DNA of 64,000 nucleotides from Podospora anserina (Eukaryota): NCBI GenBank assembly GCA_017654855.1, contig CM030336.1, positions 1,426,001 to 1,490,000 of the forward strand, read 5' to 3'. Shown piece by piece: positions 63,146 to 64,000 of this stretch (position 1 is its first letter; each line of letters starts with the position of its first letter). The notes under the pieces were generated by a model. It saw only the letters and a program-made list of their open reading frames with translations, ran no database searches and was not told where the DNA came from. The position numbers and the translations under genes were made by a program.

Positions 63146-64000
63146 CTAGTACAAATCCCCCCCTTTTCCCTCCCAATCACCTCCATATAGCGCCTTCCTC
63201 GGATCATCCAAGTCCAACCAGCCCAAAAACGGGCTACTAACCTGATACCCGATCAGCTTCTGCAAATCAGCGTCGTAATACTCGCGGATCTTCTCAAGTG
63301 GGGACGCCAAGTATTGGTTCTCTTCCTGTTTACAGCGTTAGCTTTCCTTCCCTCTCTTTCCAAAAAAGTGGGGAGGGCTCTCACCTGTCGTAGATACCCC
63401 TTCGTCATAAAACAACTGTAAATCAACCTCTCCTCATCCCTTGTCGTGTTAGCACTACCTCCATGAAAGCAGCTACTAAGCATCACGAACCCATCCCCGG
63501 GGTTCATCTCCGCAAAAAAAGCTAGCTCTTCCCTAGGAGGCTCCATCTGATCCCAGAGATGACTCCCCGGAATGAACCTCGTCGCGCCGTTGGCCTTTGT
63601 TGTCTTCTTCCCGGCGACGAACCATCCGATGCCAGTGTCACGCCCGATTTTGTATTGGTCAGTTGTGATGGCCGTGAGGACATTATGGTGAATCATATCA
63701 TCGCGGTGCAGCTCCTGGGCTCTGGCGCCGGGGTTGATAGAAAAGACAATTGTGTTGTTGAGCTGAGGGCGGGAAATGGATGTCTCGAGTTTTTGCCCCA
63801 GCCAGGATTTATACTCTGCTGTGAGCATCTTGCTGCAGACGGCTTGGTATAGCGGGTTGGCGACGACGCTCTTGAAGAAGGTGGGTGATTTGCCGGCAAG
63901 GCCGTAGACCCGGCGGGTTTCGGGAGGGAAGAAGTCGCCTTTCCAAGGCTCGTCGGCTTCGATGAAGGGGCGGACGTCTTTCTCGATGACATCTAGTGTT
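63146..64000 (-). CDS. phytanoyl-CoA dioxygenase (PhyH) family Fe(II)/2-oxoglutarate dioxygenase; 5' end outside window
   Basis: QELHRDD (HxD), NGATRFIPGSHLW, CFHGGSAN..ER and YLRQ/EENQYL; intron ~63327-63384. Confidence 0.92.

Overview
This is eukaryotic DNA from a filamentous ascomycete. GT..CTRAC..AG introns, RIP-type C>T mutation, HET genes and strong intragenic C-to-G skew point to Sordariales (Podospora-like); the taxon is inferred. About 1-19.4 kb is an accessory, RIP-scarred region. It holds the 5' end of a SesB-like alpha/beta-hydrolase gene, an AsaB/CmcJ-like oxygenase, and a complete but RIP-killed Ty1/copia LTR retrotransposon (4799-11102, 636-bp LTRs, ATAAT target-site duplication) with AT-rich flanks. 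It also holds an M20 amidohydrolase, a ~22-bp-period degenerate repeat array and two decayed HET-family genes. About 19.6-46 kb is core genome: MFS transporter, DUF829, CBS/PB1 protein, MRP4, SPT10, CCT7, a Pth11-like receptor, the divergent RPS26/RPS31 pair and a GH18 chitinase. About 46-64 kb is mixed: an unusual intronless SET + C-terminal chromodomain gene, a GH30 galactanase, a pseudogene, a CE4 deacetylase, tandem tRNA-Pro genes, and two identical inverted tRNA-Gly genes bracketing an acetolactate decarboxylase and a secreted protein with an ADP-ribosyltransferase-like motif order. It ends with a P450 and a PhyH dioxygenase. The most interesting items are the SET-chromo fusion, the ART-like secreted protein in the tRNA-Gly-bracketed segment, an in-frame TAG upstream of an intact CCT7 C-terminal tail, and the 22-bp array. 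All family assignments are from motif recognition by eye, with no database searches.
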